A stretch of DNA of 64,000 nucleotides from a bacterium. GTDB lineage: Bacteria > UBA8248. The DNA is taken from positions 960,001 to 1,024,000 of the forward strand of contig OZ241996.1 in NCBI GenBank assembly GCA_965204535.1, given 5' to 3'. Shown piece after piece: positions 1 to 9,406 of the stretch; position 1 is the stretch's first letter, and every line of letters begins with the position of its first letter. The position numbers and the translations under genes are program-made. The notes under the pieces are model-generated. The model saw only the letters and a program-made list of their open reading frames with translations, was not told the origin of the DNA and did not search any database.

Positions 1-2
1 CG

Positions 3-569
3 GCGGCGCACCTCGCTCTGGTGCGCCATGCTGGGGACGGCGTTCTTGATGCAGCAGATGTTCTCGAGCGTGCACAGCCGCTCGATAAGCTCGGGGCTGA
101 GCGTCGTGCCCGACTTGGGCTGGTTGAACAGCGAGAGGCCGATGTCTATCTGATCGCAGATGGTCTTGAAGTAGAGGAAAATCTCGTCGTCATCGTGCGC
201 GCCGTAGACCGGGTTGATCATGATGGCGTAATCGGCCCCCACTTCCTCGGCGTGTTTCGTTAGCTCCACCGCTTCTTTGATGTTGATGTGCGGCGTGTGG
301 GGGATGGTCTGCGCGCCGCCCCGGCTCTCCTCGCAGACGATGTGCTGCACGCGCTTTCGCTCCTCTGGCGACAGCGACCAGAACTCGCCCATCAGCCCGT
401 TGCAGAAAAACCCGTCTATCTTGAGGTCGTCGATGCACGTTCTTACGATCTTGCGAAGGCCCTCCTCGTCCAGTTCGCCATCGGGCGTGAAGGGCGTCGT
501 CAACGCGGCCCAGACCCCCGTCATGTGCTCCCTGCAATACGCTTTCGCTTCCGATTTCGTGTATTCCAT
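3..569 (-). CDS. Dihydrodipicolinate synthase (class I aldolase) family protein, 3' end runs off the window
   Basis: Not in the ORF track. Manual translation from ATG at 569 (AGGGGAG RBS): MEYTKSEAK...TGVWAALTTPF...FCNGLMGEFWSLSPEERK...LFNQP...CIKN. This is the DHDPS-fold pattern with the Schiff-base Lys. Confidence 0.85.
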   Translation of the reverse strand, partial: MEYTKSEAKAYCREHMTGVWAALTTPFTPDGELDEEGLRKIVRTCIDDLKIDGFFCNGLMGEFWSLSPEERKRVQHIVCEESRGGAQTIPHTPHINIKEAVELTKHAEEVGADYAIMINPVYGAHDDDEIFLYFKTICDQIDIGLSLFNQPKSGTTLSPELIERLCTLENICCIKNAVPSMAHQSEVRR

Positions 570-708
570 GATGCGCTCCCCTTTTCAAGGACGATGCGGA
601 ACCAAAGAAAACCCGATGGCCGGTTATCTTGCACCGGCGCTTTATTTTCTCGAATATCTTTCCATCATATACCCGCCAACCCTCACCGCAAAGCGCCGCG
701 CGTGGGTT

Positions 709-1635
709 TCAATTCCTGAAAGAAGGCCGCAACTGCGCGATCCCCCTCCCGTATATGAAGCCCATGATCCCGCGCGGGGCGTAGAGGATGATCAGCACGA
801 TAAAGATTCCCGAAGCCAGCTTGTGGAAATGGGGAAAATGCGCCCAGCTGAACTCAAGTATGAGATAGAGCGCCGTCGCCCCGATCACGGGCCCCCACGC
901 CGTGCCCCGCCCGCCCAGGATGCACATGAGCACCATCTGGACGCTGAACAGGATGTTGAACACCGTCTCGGGGTCGATGTAGGTGATGTAGCGGGCGTAG
1001 ATCCCACCGACGACGCCAGGGAAGAACGCGCTCATGATGAAGGCGATCAGCTTGTAGAGGGTCGTGTTCGTCCCCAGCGTGTCGGCGGCCGTCTCGTCCT
1101 CTCGTATCGAGAGGAGTCTCAGGCCGAAGCGGCTCGATTCGAGCCAACGCATCACGAGAAATACGGATAGTGCCGTCAGCCCCATCGCGAAGTAGAGCGG
1201 GACGATTTGCCGGATGATGGGGAGGGATATCCCCTCCGCACCGCCCGTGATCTCGTCGAACACCGAGGCGATGATGGCCATGAGCTCGTTCAGACCGAGC
1301 ATGAAGATGGCGAAAAAAGGCCCCCGGAGCCTAAGGCAGAGCGCGCCCACGGGAACCGCCAGCAGGGATGCGCCTAAGCCCCCGATCAGGGAAGCGGGCA
1401 GCCAGTGGGTTCCCCAGTTGGTTATCTGCAGCGCCGTCAGGTACGCGCCGACCCCGAAGAAGACCGCGTGCCCCAGCGAGATGTAGCCCGCGAAGCCGGA
1501 GATGATGTTCCAGCCGCTGGCCAGGCTGATGTACATGAAGATCAAAAGCGCCATCGATATGAAATAAGGCCCCATGAACACGGGATACAGGCAAAGCGCG
1601 GCCAGTGCGGCGATGAAGAGAGCGTATTTTTTCAC
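709..1635 (-). CDS. Branched-chain amino acid ABC transporter permease (LivM-like)
   Basis: Hydrophobic; SWNIISGFAGYISLGHA, RLRGPFFAI, GLRLLSIREDETAA motifs. Confidence 0.92.
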   Translation of the reverse strand: MKKYALFIAALAALCLYPVFMGPYFISMALLIFMYISLASGWNIISGFAGYISLGHAVFFGVGAYLTALQITNWGTHWLPASLIGGLGASLLAVPVGALCLRLRGPFFAIFMLGLNELMAIIASVFDEITGGAEGISLPIIRQIVPLYFAMGLTALSVFLVMRWLESSRFGLRLLSIREDETAADTLGTNTTLYKLIAFIMSAFFPGVVGGIYARYITYIDPETVFNILFSVQMVLMCILGGRGTAWGPVIGATALYLILEFSWAHFPHFHKLASGIFIVLIILYAPRGIMGFIYGRGIAQLRPSFRN

Positions 1636-1642
1636 TTGCGCT

Positions 1643-2521
1643 TCATTCCACCCGGCGGCCCATGAGGCCCGTGGGGCGGAAGATGAGGATGAGCAGCAGG
1701 ATGGCGAATGAAATCGCTCCGCCTCCCTCTCCGCTCAGGTAGAGGCTGCCCACGCCCTCCGCCACCCCGAGGATCATCCCGCCGAGCATGGCGCCCACGA
1801 CGTGGCCCATTCCCCCGAGCACGATGACGGTGAACGAGCGCATGAGGAACGACTCGCCCATCTCGGGATAGATGGCGAACATGATGCTCGCCAGCACGCC
1901 CGCGGCCCCGCCCATCGCGCTCGCCAGGCCGAAGGTGATGAAGTAGATGCGCTTCACGTAGATACCGCAGGTGGCCGCGAGGTCGTGGCTGCCTGCGGTG
2001 GCGCGGATGGCTTTCCCCAGCCGGGAGAATTTGAGGAAGAAGTAGACGCCTCCGGTCAGCACGATGGCGAGGACGGCGGCCACCACGCGGGGCTTGGGAA
2101 ACACCAGCGAGCCGTAGAGCCACGAGCCGGAGAGGTAGGGGATGGCCTTGAAGTCGGTGGTCCACAGCCAGATGCCGATGTTCACGATGCAGATGGAGAT
2201 ACCGAAGGTAACGAGGAGGGAGTTCGTCTCGATGTCCTCGACGATCTTGTCGACGATGCCCTTTTCGATGAGGGCGCCCACGGCGAACATGAGCGGGGCG
2301 GCGGCCAGGATGGCCAACAGGGGACTCAGGCCGAACTGGTGAAAGAGCCAGAAGCTCACGTAGGCGCCCAGCATGAGCATCTCGCCGTGAGAGATGTTGA
2401 TGACGTGCATGACGCCGAAGACCATCGTGAGGCCGAGCGCGAGAAGGGCGTACACCGTGCCCATCAGTATGCCGCTGATGACGGCTTGAGATAACATGAT
2501 CGGCATCATTTCCATGCTCAC
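1643..2521 (-). CDS. Branched-chain amino acid ABC transporter permease (LivH-like)
   Basis: YALLALGLTMVFGVMHVINISHGE; LGKAIRA; VLGGMG; FRPTGLMG. Confidence 0.92.
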   Translation of the reverse strand: MSMEMMPIMLSQAVISGILMGTVYALLALGLTMVFGVMHVINISHGEMLMLGAYVSFWLFHQFGLSPLLAILAAAPLMFAVGALIEKGIVDKIVEDIETNSLLVTFGISICIVNIGIWLWTTDFKAIPYLSGSWLYGSLVFPKPRVVAAVLAIVLTGGVYFFLKFSRLGKAIRATAGSHDLAATCGIYVKRIYFITFGLASAMGGAAGVLASIMFAIYPEMGESFLMRSFTVIVLGGMGHVVGAMLGGMILGVAEGVGSLYLSGEGGGAISFAILLLILIFRPTGLMGRRVE

Positions 2522-2674
2522 GGCGTAGAGTCTCCTTGCGGTTCATGAGGTAATGCCTCTTCAATGAGGGCAACCCCTGAGCCGACCCCCTCTCTCCTTG
2601 GGTTTAGGTGTCACATAGATTGTCTATCTTCCGGTCGCAACCTGCGACCTGTTTCATCAATAGGCTACCCGGTA

Positions 2675-2855
2675 GGGCTTGTTGAAAAACCCGGAGAGGG
2701 GAAATTTGTTTGTGTAGGTCGGACATATATGTCCGACATATATGCGTCCCTGGTTTTTCGCCGCCCGTCATGGGCCGCATGTATGCGGCCCCTACAAAAC
2801 CGCTCCTCCCCGGTCGCGTCAAACCCTCGTTCATCAGGGCTTTTTCAACAAGCCC
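2675..2855. mobile_element. MITE-like element with 15-bp terminal inverted repeats, carrying REP palindromes
   Basis: GGGCTTGTTGAAAAA (2675-2689) and TTTTTCAACAAGCCC (2841-2855) are perfect inverted repeats. Internal GTAGGTCGGACATATATGTCCGAC and GGGCCGCATGTATGCGGCCCCTAC. Confidence 0.65.
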
Positions 2856-2952
2856 CGATAGGGGCGGTTCGCGAACCGCCCCTACTCCAACTCTCATCAG
2901 CCTTCGGACAGGTCGCGACCTGTCCTTACGTCCTTTCCGGCGCAGAAAGCAG

Positions 2953-4170
2953 CTAGTTTCTTGCTCTCCACTTGGGTGTGGGGTAGACGAATTCGCCCGT
3001 GGCGACATTCTTCGGCCATACGATCACCTTCTTGCCGTTTTGCCACTGGAAGGCCGCCCACTCGTGGCCGAGCTGCATGCCTGACTTCGGGTCCACCCGG
3101 AACTGTCCCGGCATCAGACTGCTGAACTTCATCGAGGCGATGGCGTCGCGTATCTTGTCGCGGTCGAACGAACCGACCTGGTTCACCGCCCGCTCCATCA
3201 CCTCGCCGACGAGGTAGCCGTAGGCGACGTGCGAGTCCATCAAGCGCTCGTCCTTGTATTGATCGAAATACTTCTTCACGAACTCCTTGTTCCCCGGCGT
3301 TTTCATGAACGGTTCCCAGCCCGTGTAGCCGCTCACGTAGTTCGCGTCCTGGCCCGCGCCCTTCTTGGAGCCGTACTCGTCATAAGAGGCTCCCAGCATG
3401 ACGTTCAAATGGCGGGGGTTCACGTCCAACTCCTTGACCTGTTTGGAGATGGCCAGCCCGTCGGGATAGTAGCCGAACAGGCAGAGCACGTCGGGGTCGA
3501 GGCCCTTCGCCTTGAGGAGAAGCGAGGTGAAGTCCGTCGTTTTCGGGGGATACTTGTCCACCGAGAGCACCTTGAAGCCGAGTTCCTTGCTCAGCTTGAC
3601 GACTCCTTTGGAGAGAGAAGCCGGGTAGATGCTCGCCGAGTGGATGATGGCGATGGTCTTGGCACCCTTCTCCTTTAATAAGGTGAGATTGCCCAGCAGG
3701 GCGTGGTTGTTCACCCGCATCACCTGGAAGAGGTATTTATATCCTCTCGAGAACGGCTTGGAACTGCTCGATCCGCCCGCGATCATCGGAAAACGGTATT
3801 TCTCGGTGACCGTGCTCGTCGCGTAGGTGACCGGACTGCTGAACGGGCCGAAGATCATGTCCACCTTGTCGCGGTTGATGAGGCGTTCGACGAGTTTCGC
3901 CCCGGTGGTGGGGTTGCTCTCATCGTCATAGACCTTGAACGTCACCTTCCGGCCCAGGAGCCCGCCTTTCGCGTTGACGTCGCGCTGCCACATCTCGTAC
4001 CCGCGCAGCGTGAGCTTCCCGGATTTGGAGACCTTGCCGGTCAAGGCGATGGCCACCCCGATCGTGAGCGGCTTTTTCGCTGCATCGGCGGGCGCGGCGG
4101 AGAGAACGATTCCCAAAGCAAACGCCAGCCCGATGAAAATGCAAAACACTCGTTTCACTTGCGCGCTCAT
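2953..4170 (-). CDS. Liv-type ABC transporter substrate-binding protein
   Basis: Signal peptide from MSAQVKRV; NAKGGLLGRKV, YDDESNP, FGPFSS. Start moved to the ATG at 4170 because the longer ORF runs into the IS end. Confidence 0.9.
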   Translation of the reverse strand: MSAQVKRVFCIFIGLAFALGIVLSAAPADAAKKPLTIGVAIALTGKVSKSGKLTLRGYEMWQRDVNAKGGLLGRKVTFKVYDDESNPTTGAKLVERLINRDKVDMIFGPFSSPVTYATSTVTEKYRFPMIAGGSSSSKPFSRGYKYLFQVMRVNNHALLGNLTLLKEKGAKTIAIIHSASIYPASLSKGVVKLSKELGFKVLSVDKYPPKTTDFTSLLLKAKGLDPDVLCLFGYYPDGLAISKQVKELDVNPRHLNVMLGASYDEYGSKKGAGQDANYVSGYTGWEPFMKTPGNKEFVKKYFDQYKDERLMDSHVAYGYLVGEVMERAVNQVGSFDRDKIRDAIASMKFSSLMPGQFRVDPKSGMQLGHEWAAFQWQNGKKVIVWPKNVATGEFVYPTPKWRARN

Positions 4171-4218
4171 GGTTTTTCCTCTCGGTGAAGGGGCCGCGCC
4201 GCCGGACAACGACTTCGG

Positions 4219-6000
4219 GAGACTGTGAGAGTATTGGATTTCACAGTCTCCGGAACAGGGCTCGCTTACGCTTGCAGCCCGATGGCCGGACACTGTCTTC
4301 AACTTCGGGAGCAACAACACCGCAGAGCCGGGAGAGAAACGTCTCGGCGGCCGGTCAGCTCGGGGTCGCGGTCAAGTCCTCGAAGAATCGGCTTCAAGTT
4401 CACACGCCATTCGTCCCCAACCGCTGTTTTTGCAGACAATGCTCCACAAATGCAGCTCCGCCCAGCACACGCATGACCCGCTTGAAGTTGTAACCCAGCG
4501 TCATCAGGCTGAATTCGCCGCGGCATTTGCCGAGTCCGCGCATCACAAAATGATCCATCCCCGCCCAGCGCTTGATCGTACCGAATGGATGTTCGACGAG
4601 TGTGCTTCGCCCGCGCATCAATGGCACACGGGCGTTCATCTTCTTGCGATGCCGGTCCACCACGTCCTCATGCTCCCAGCGTTGTATCCTGCGCGTCGAT
4701 CTCGACTTTGTCAGGCATCGGCCCGACAACGAACAGTCCCGGCAAACCGCCGCCGTCCCGCGATAAAAGTAATACAGCCTGCCCCTGACGGTGGTCGTGC
4801 CGCCTCGAACCAGACGCTCTCCGGCCGGACAGACATACGTGTCATCCTGCGCATCGTAACGGAATTCATCGCTGCCGAATCGTCCGTCCTTGCCCTTGCG
4901 GGCCGTCTGGTTCGGTATCGGAACATACACCTCCATTCCCTTGTCTTCGCAACTCTTCAACTGTGCGCCGTTGAAGTAGCCCGAATCCGCCAGGCCGACC
5001 AGGCGTTCGCTGCCCATGGCTTCGCCGGCTTTCGTCATCATCGGCTCCAACTGAGCGGAGTCATTGCCGTCCTGCACCACATCCTCCGCGACAATCAGCT
5101 TGTGCTTGTCGTCCACCGCGATCTGGCAGTTGTATCCGCCCACCATTATATCGCCGTTCCTCAGAAGTCGAGCATCTGCATCGACCCCCGATACCTGACG
5201 CTCTCCGCTTTCCTGCAAATGCTCTTGCAGTGCCTTCTTCTTTTGTTGCCTCTCGATCAAGGCCTTGAGCTTCACCGGCAGGTCCGGATCCTCCGAACCG
5301 TCCCCACACTCCTCCCCGCGCGCATCCGCCTCGTCCAACTGCCGGTGATACGCCGCAATCCTCTTCTCCAAACGCCTCAGGTCCCTTGCCAGGGACCGCT
5401 TGGTTTGGAAGCTGTCCAGGTTCGCATCGGCCTTCAAAAAAGTCCCGTCGACCGCCACCCGGCTGCCGCCCAGCAGCGAGAGTTCGCGGCACAGCAGCAC
5501 GAACTCCCGGTTGGCCTCCTGCAGCGCAGCCACATTGTTCTTGCGAAAATCCGCAATCGTCTTGTAGCTCGGCGTCGCACCCTGGCACAGCCAGATCACT
5601 TCCAGATTGCGCCGCGTCTCCGCTTCGAGACGGCGCGAACTCCGTACCCGGTGCTGGTAGCCGTACAGATACAGCTTCAGCAGCAGCGCCGGGTCGAAAG
5701 CCGGCTGACCGGCGCCGCAGTTCGCTTCGGCATGCGCGAACCCCAGCGCCTCCAGGTCCAGCGTGCCGACGAACGCATCGATCGCGCGCACCGCATTGTG
5801 CTCGGACACGTAGTCGTCCAGACACGGCGGAAGCAGCATCATCTGGCTTCGGGACTGCACCTCCTGATAACGTCTCTCGGACATGGTGGTGACCCTTTAT
5901 GTGGTTATCTCACTCACCGGTAAAGATAGCATGTACAGACAACCCGGGCATCGCTCGCCAGCGTCACCCACCAGAATCGTGGGAATACTTTCACAGTCTC
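4219..6000 (-). mobile_element. IS1182-family insertion sequence, complete (1782 bp)
   Basis: 17-bp terminal IRs GAGACTGTGAGAGTATT (4219-4235) and AATACTTTCACAGTCTC (5984-6000), 1 mismatch. 16-bp direct repeat CGGACAACGACTTCGG at 4203-4218 and 6001-6016. Confidence 0.93.
4400..5884 (-). CDS. IS1182-family DDE transposase
   Basis: LLKLYLYGY..SSRRLE, PSYKTIADFRK, VAVDGT, LADSGY, CPAG Zn-finger, VEHPFGTIK. Confidence 0.96.
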   Translation of the reverse strand: MSERRYQEVQSRSQMMLLPPCLDDYVSEHNAVRAIDAFVGTLDLEALGFAHAEANCGAGQPAFDPALLLKLYLYGYQHRVRSSRRLEAETRRNLEVIWLCQGATPSYKTIADFRKNNVAALQEANREFVLLCRELSLLGGSRVAVDGTFLKADANLDSFQTKRSLARDLRRLEKRIAAYHRQLDEADARGEECGDGSEDPDLPVKLKALIERQQKKKALQEHLQESGERQVSGVDADARLLRNGDIMVGGYNCQIAVDDKHKLIVAEDVVQDGNDSAQLEPMMTKAGEAMGSERLVGLADSGYFNGAQLKSCEDKGMEVYVPIPNQTARKGKDGRFGSDEFRYDAQDDTYVCPAGERLVRGGTTTVRGRLYYFYRGTAAVCRDCSLSGRCLTKSRSTRRIQRWEHEDVVDRHRKKMNARVPLMRGRSTLVEHPFGTIKRWAGMDHFVMRGLGKCRGEFSLMTLGYNFKRVMRVLGGAAFVEHCLQKQRLGTNGV

Positions 6001-6414
6001 CGGACAACGACTTCGGGCGCTGCGGCCCGGGTAGAAAAGAAAAGCGCCCGAACGGGAACGCGTCGGGGCGCTGCGATATTTCCTGAGACTGGATGTAGAA
6101 GGCGGTTTTCCGCCCGAAGAACTCGCGGAGGGATGCTGCGAGGATGGCTGTCGGGAAAAAAGGGGAGAACCCATCGCAAGCGCCTCCTGGTTTCGTGCAG
6201 GAAGGCCGTCTCGAATCCGGTTCTTTATGAAGGATGATGAATGGAAAGAATCGTATGGCCCGGGTGATTCCGTGTCAAGCTTGGGGACGGGGGGGGAGAG
6301 GGTGGAAGTGAAGGGTATTGCGCAGAGACAGGCCTCCGTGACTGTCTGGTCCGTTGAGGGACGGGGGGACAACCACAGGGGGTTGCCCCTGCGGGATTTC
6401 GGCAAGCCCTCCCG

Positions 6415-7833
6415 CTACCCGGACATCTTCCCGGCCAGAGCTTCGAACGCTTTCTGGAACGGCGCTTCGGGCGCGCGGAGGACGCCTGCGCCTATCTGGC
6501 CGACGCCCGGCTCGCGGTGGGCGATGCCCGTGTTGATGACGGGGTAGATGCCCGTCTCGATCACCTTGCGGATATCGACCCCCGTCGGCGCGCCCGCGAA
6601 ATCGAGGGCGGGCAGGGTGTAGTCGCGGCTCCGCGCCCAGGTGATCCCGTACATCTCGTTCGTCGCCCGAAAGGCCTCCGCCGTCGAGCCGCCCACGAAC
6701 TCGACGATGGCGGGCGCCGCCGCCATCGCGAAGCCGCCGACGCCGAGCGTTTCCATGATCGCCGAATCGCCGATGTCGGGATTGGCGTCTTCCTGCGAGT
6801 AGCCGGGGAAGAAGAGCCCCACGGGATTTTTCGCGGGCGCCGTGAACCACGCATCGCCCAGACCGGCGACCCTGATGCCGAAATCCGTGCCGTTGCGCGA
6901 CATGGCGTAGACCAGGGAGCAGCCCTCGACCCCCGCCATGGCGTCGAGGCTCGCCTTGGCGGCGGGCATCGCGAGGTTCAGGAAGAAGTGGTCGTTGCCC
7001 GCGAGAAATTCCGCCGCGCGGGAGATCACCTTGGTGTCATTCACAGCGTCCGCGAGCCAGGGCATGAGGGTGCGGGCGACCGTCGAGGTGGCCGCGACGT
7101 TCCGGTTGTGCGCCTCATCACCCATCTGCAGGGCGCGCGCGATGACGTTTTTGATGTCCAGCCCCTCCGGCATGGCCCGAAGCGCCGCGCGCAGGGCAGG
7201 GGCGAGTTCGTCCGCCATCCATTTCAGGCGCGCCAGCACGTCCTCTGAATACGCGCCGTAGCGGAGCACCTTGCCCAGGCCCTCGTTCAGCGTGCAGTAA
7301 GCCCTCCCGCCGCCACCGAGTTCCTCAGGCGCCCGGTTTTCGATGATGCTCACCGGCATCGAGGGCGAGACCACGCCCGCCATCGGCCCCACCGCCGAGT
7401 GGTGGTGACAGGGCTCGAAAGCGATATCGCCGCTTGCGCAGAGTTTTTCGGCCGCCTCCGCGTCCTGCGCCCAGCCTTCGAGAAGCGCCGCGCCGATCAT
7501 CGCGCCCTTGAGAGGCCCCGACATTCTACCCCACGCGATGGGAGGGCCCGCGTGCAGGAGGGTGCGCTCGCCCATGCCCGGCACCACGTCTATGGCTGTT
7601 CCGATATCCACCCACACGGGTCTGGCCGCCTGGAGGCGCTCGATGGCGGCGTCGTTGGCCGCATCGCAAGCGGCCAGTCGGTCGAGTCGGTCGATCATGT
7701 CGGGGTCTCCTCCGGCGGGGGGACGCCAGTCCACCTGCACCACGGGGGCATTCTGCGCGGCCAGGCTCTCCGCGAACAGCTCCACGCCGACGTTGGCGAC
7801 GCGGACGCCCTCCAGCAAGTTTTTCGCACTCAT
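6415..7833 (-). CDS. ylbE: DUF1116 / YlbE (AllG)-family protein, oxamate carbamoyltransferase-like subunit
   Basis: LLHAGPP, PCHHHSAVGPMAG, LNEGLGKVLRYGA, MGDEAHNRN, DIGDSAI, INTGIAH; ATGA overlap with fdrA. Confidence 0.9.
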   Translation of the reverse strand: MSAKNLLEGVRVANVGVELFAESLAAQNAPVVQVDWRPPAGGDPDMIDRLDRLAACDAANDAAIERLQAARPVWVDIGTAIDVVPGMGERTLLHAGPPIAWGRMSGPLKGAMIGAALLEGWAQDAEAAEKLCASGDIAFEPCHHHSAVGPMAGVVSPSMPVSIIENRAPEELGGGGRAYCTLNEGLGKVLRYGAYSEDVLARLKWMADELAPALRAALRAMPEGLDIKNVIARALQMGDEAHNRNVAATSTVARTLMPWLADAVNDTKVISRAAEFLAGNDHFFLNLAMPAAKASLDAMAGVEGCSLVYAMSRNGTDFGIRVAGLGDAWFTAPAKNPVGLFFPGYSQEDANPDIGDSAIMETLGVGGFAMAAAPAIVEFVGGSTAEAFRATNEMYGITWARSRDYTLPALDFAGAPTGVDIRKVIETGIYPVINTGIAHREPGVGQIGAGVLRAPEAPFQKAFEALAGKMSG

Positions 7834-9386
7834 CCGCCCGGACCCTCGAGTGCGGCGGCAGCGGCGAGGCACGCCCCTTCGTGCGTATCCGCCACGAGGA
7901 CGCCTGCCTCTTTAAGTTTCACGCGCTGTGCCGTCAAACCCTGCGGGTCGCCCTCTGTGCCCGTCACCGAGCCGACGAACAGGACACCGGGACTCGACTC
8001 CTGGGCCTCCTCAATCGCCTTCGCCGCCTCTCCCGCCGGGTCTTCATGCGCGCCGAGTCCCAGCACCACGTCGAAGAGCACGACCGCCGTTTCGGGGTCT
8101 CCCGCTTCCTGGATGATGCGCTTGCTTCTGGGCGCGGGGTCGATCATGGGATGGGGTTTCCCCCGCGTGAAGAGGTCGTCGCCCATGTCCACGACCGCGT
8201 GGCCTTTCGATTTCAGGGGGTCGGGCATTTGTCCGCTAATTTTATCGAGGGGCGCGTTGGAGGAAATCCCCGGAGTTGATTTGCCGATTATCGCCTGCGC
8301 CTCGGCGCACAGCGTACCGCCCGTATAGACGCCGCGCAGGAAACGGCGGCCTTCCTCGCGCGCGCGGCTCCACCCGGCGATTCTCTCTCTCGTATCGGAG
8401 TCGAGTCCAGGAGCCGCCGCGTCGGCGCGCCCGCCGCTCAGCGAGACGGCGAGCCTCCCCGCTTCGGCCAGCGAGTCCGCGGCGTGAAGACCGGGATGCG
8501 CGAGGATATCCTCGTCCCGGCCCCCGACGAAGTGGATGACGGCGGGCTTTCCACACCGCGCAACCGTCTCCAATACTTTCTCCATCGCCGCGGCTTCGGG
8601 CGGTTTTCCGAGTACGAGGAGGACCTCCGTCGCCGCATCCTCGCTCAAGGTCTCGATAGCCTGGATCATGGCGAGGCCGCCGACGGCGTCGGTGACGTCG
8701 CGCCCCCCTGTTCCCAGGGCGCAGGAGATTCCGCCGCCTGCGGCGTCGATGGCGGCCATCGCCTCCTGAATCCCCGTTCCGGCGGCGCCGACGATTCCGA
8801 TTCCGCCGGCCCTCATGACGTTGCAGAAACCCAAGCCCACGCCTGCGATGTGCGCCGTGCCGCAGTCGGGGCCCATGACGAGCAAGCCCTTGTCGCGTCC
8901 GATCTTCTTGAGCGCCACCTCGTCTTCCACCGATACGTTGTCGCTGAAGATGAGGCAGTGGAGGCCTTTATTGAGCGCGCGTTCGGCCTCGCGGCGCACG
9001 CTCGGGCCGGGAACCGAGAAAAGGGCGAGGTTGATGAGCGGGTCTTCCCCGAGCGCCGCGTCGAGCGTGGGTGCGGAGAGGCTCGCGAGCGCTCCCGCTC
9101 CGCCGCTCGCGCGGGGGGCGGTGAGCGCCGCTTCCATCATGGCGAGCTCTTCCTGCGCCGTCTGCGTGTCTTGCGCCTCGGCGACGAGGACGAGGTCGTT
9201 CGGGCCGGCGCCTTTCGCTTCTTGTGAGAGAAGGCCGCTCGATGCGAGTTGTTCCAGGTTCATCGGCGTGCCCATGAGGGCCGCCGCTTGCCTGATGTGA
9301 GTCTTCTCCGAGGCGGCGGCGCTGATTCGCATGAGCTTCACCGAATCGTGGTACGCGCCGCTTAAGACGCGGACGGCCAGCGCCAT
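7830..9386 (-). CDS. fdrA: FdrA (AllF)-family acyl-CoA-synthetase-like protein
   Basis: YHDSVKLM, IFSDNV, LVMGPDCGTA, GTGIQE, GTGGRD, YTGGTLC, FTRGKPHPMIDP. Confidence 0.92.
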   Translation of the reverse strand: MALAVRVLSGAYHDSVKLMRISAAASEKTHIRQAAALMGTPMNLEQLASSGLLSQEAKGAGPNDLVLVAEAQDTQTAQEELAMMEAALTAPRASGGAGALASLSAPTLDAALGEDPLINLALFSVPGPSVRREAERALNKGLHCLIFSDNVSVEDEVALKKIGRDKGLLVMGPDCGTAHIAGVGLGFCNVMRAGGIGIVGAAGTGIQEAMAAIDAAGGGISCALGTGGRDVTDAVGGLAMIQAIETLSEDAATEVLLVLGKPPEAAAMEKVLETVARCGKPAVIHFVGGRDEDILAHPGLHAADSLAEAGRLAVSLSGGRADAAAPGLDSDTRERIAGWSRAREEGRRFLRGVYTGGTLCAEAQAIIGKSTPGISSNAPLDKISGQMPDPLKSKGHAVVDMGDDLFTRGKPHPMIDPAPRSKRIIQEAGDPETAVVLFDVVLGLGAHEDPAGEAAKAIEEAQESSPGVLFVGSVTGTEGDPQGLTAQRVKLKEAGVLVADTHEGACLAAAAALEGPGG

Positions 9387-9406
9387 ATCAATCGCTCCCC
9401 GGGAGG

